The position numbers were made by a program, and so were the translations under genes. Positions 62,872 to 64,000 of a stretch of DNA of 64,000 bases are shown piece by piece (within the stretch, counting starts at the first letter, position 1; the number at the start of each line of letters is the position of its first letter). The notes below the pieces were generated by a model. It was not told where the DNA came from and made no database searches. It worked only from the letters and a program-made list of their open reading frames with translations. Source of the stretch: Burkholderiaceae bacterium (GTDB lineage: Bacteria > Pseudomonadota > Gammaproteobacteria > Burkholderiales > Burkholderiaceae_C); assembly GCA_038901755.1 (NCBI GenBank), contig JBCKPH010000001.1, positions 2,410-66,409 on the forward strand. Direction: 5' to 3'.

Positions 62872-62909
62872 GCAGGGCCGAAGCATCGGGGTGCCCGCTC
62901 CGGGGACGT

Positions 62910-63320
62910 TTACTCTTTCGGTATCGGCCTGGGTTTCCCTTCGTCGTCGATCGCCACGTAGGTGACGCTGGCCTCGGTGACCTTGGCATATCGCCCCTGG
63001 TCGCGAAAGCGTTCGGCGTACACCTCCACCTGCACCGTGATCGAGGTCCTGCCAATGCGTGTGATGCTGGAGAAAAACGACAGGATGTCGCCGACCCGCA
63101 CCGGCTGCTTGAAAATGAACTGGTTGACAGCCACCGTGGCCATGCGACCGCGCACCTGGCGCGCCGGCAGCACCGAGCCGGCCAGATCGACCTGGGCCAT
63201 GACCCAGCCGCCGAAGATGTCACCGTTGGCATTGCAGTCGGCCGGCATCGGAATCACCTTGAGCACCAGCTCCTTGTCTGTGTGCAGGCTGGCCTCGGTT
63301 GGGCTTGGGTTTTCGGACAT
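62910..63320 (-). CDS. Acyl-CoA thioesterase (YciA-like hotdog fold)
   Basis: NANGDIFGGWVMAQVDLAG...VNQFIFKQPVRVGD. Trimmed to the ATG at 63320. Confidence 0.8.
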   Translation of the reverse strand: MSENPSPTEASLHTDKELVLKVIPMPADCNANGDIFGGWVMAQVDLAGSVLPARQVRGRMATVAVNQFIFKQPVRVGDILSFFSSITRIGRTSITVQVEVYAERFRDQGRYAKVTEASVTYVAIDDEGKPRPIPKE

Positions 63321-63361
63321 TGGCACAATCTCGGGGTAGCAACAAAGAGAATTGTCCCGCA

Positions 63362-64000
63362 ATGCGCGGCCTCACCGGTTTTTCCTCCACCACTGCCCTG
63401 CCGCCGCCCGAGGCGCCACGCGTCAACGCGGATCTGGCGACGCTCAAGCGCCTGCTCCCTTACCTGTGGACCTACAAATGGCGGGTCGCGGCGGCGCTAG
63501 CGTTCATGGTCGGCGCCAAGCTGGCCAACATTTCGGTGCCGCTGCTGCTGAAGGAGCTGGTCGACGCGCTGGCAATCAAGCCCGGTGACAGCATTGCCCT
63601 GCTGGTGGTGCCGCTCGGCCTGCTGGTGGCCTACGGCCTGCTGCGTTTTTGCACTTCGCTCTTCACCGAACTGCGCGAGCTGATCTTTTCCAAGGCGACC
63701 GAAGGGGCCGCGCGCAGCATCTCGCTGTCGGTGTTCCGGCATCTGCATGCGCTCAGCCTGCGTTTTCACCTGGAGCGCCAGACGGGAGGAATGACGCGCG
63801 ACATCGAGCGCGGCACCCGCGGCGTGCAGTCGCTCATTTCCTATTCGCTCTACAGCGTCATCCCGACGCTGCTCGAGGTGACGCTGGTGCTGACCCTGCT
63901 GGCGGTCAAGTTCGACATCTGGTTTGCCTGGATCACCATCACCGCCCTTTTCTTCTACATCGTCTTCAGTGTCTCGGTGACCGAGTGGCGCACCAAGTTT
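63362..64000 (+). CDS. ABCB-type (ATM1/HMT1-like) ABC exporter, fused permease-ATPase, N-terminal part (3' end outside window)
   Basis: Own translation from the ATG at 63362: ...LKRLLPYLWTYKWRVAAALAFMVGAKLANISVPLLLKELVD...RFHLERQTGGMTRDIERGTRG... The frame is open to the window end (213 codons). It is not listed in the ORF track. Confidence 0.8.
   Translation, partial: MRGLTGFSSTTALPPPEAPRVNADLATLKRLLPYLWTYKWRVAAALAFMVGAKLANISVPLLLKELVDALAIKPGDSIALLVVPLGLLVAYGLLRFCTSLFTELRELIFSKATEGAARSISLSVFRHLHALSLRFHLERQTGGMTRDIERGTRGVQSLISYSLYSVIPTLLEVTLVLTLLAVKFDIWFAWITITALFFYIVFSVSVTEWRTKF

Noticed and set aside
1-64000. Search for tRNA, rRNA, tmRNA, IS transposases, integrases, phage genes and riboswitch-like leaders
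   Set aside because: Nothing in the intergenic regions longer than 100 bp or in the ORF translations showed cloverleaf-like structure, DDE or tyrosine-recombinase motifs, or known leader architectures. Absence cannot be proven by eye.

Overview
High-GC betaproteobacterial chromosome segment, probably Burkholderiales/Comamonadaceae; the taxon is an inference from Bug/TctC-type binding proteins, Liv-type ABC operons and many acyl-CoA genes. No rRNA, tRNA, CRISPR, transposase or integrase gene was recognised.
Layout:
(1) 1-10.05 kb: surface-polysaccharide locus with a strongly low-GC patch. It holds a Wzx fragment, two methyltransferases, glycosyltransferases, an AsnB-type amidotransferase, WbpB/WbpD/WbpE-like genes and a broken 2-epimerase.
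(2) 10.0-15.1 kb: sugar-acid catabolic cluster (Ldh2-family dehydrogenase, UxaA-type dehydratase, two SDRs, FAH-family hydrolase).
(3) 15.1-15.6 kb: orphan higA preceded by a 24-codon higB stub.
(4) 15.6-23.8 kb: beta-oxidation operon with a truncated TetR gene and an internally deleted SDR.
(5) 23.8-29.8 kb: RelE/Gp49-XRE toxin-antitoxin cassette bounded by a duplicated gene end, then a cNMP-binding patatin lipase and a trio of orphan binding protein, cupin and TPR protein.
(6) 29.9-39.3 kb: GntR-headed operon of unassigned function (LeuCD-like, PrpD-like, TctC, hydantoinase-like, flavoprotein, PrpB-like lyase).
(7) 39.9-44.5 kb: Liv-type ABC importer.
(8) 44.6-54.2 kb: TetR-linked atu/liu-like acyl-CoA carboxylase operon.
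(9) 54.3-64 kb: second Liv-type ABC operon with an acyl-CoA ligase, an enoyl-CoA hydratase, vapBC, a thioesterase and the start of an ABCB exporter.
The most unusual signal is a family of CT/GA-rich hairpin-repeat arrays bounded by inverted termini CCCTCACCCC...GGGGTGAGGG. It lies inside coding sequence and is read through in three adjacent genes of the carboxylase operon: 76 extra codons next to the EMNTR active-site motif of the biotin carboxylase, about 27 extra codons in the carboxyltransferase, and a 47-residue tail plus the stop codon of an SDR. A solo unit sits over a ribosome-binding site elsewhere.
A second theme is a high density of small deletion remnants, at least six in 64 kb.
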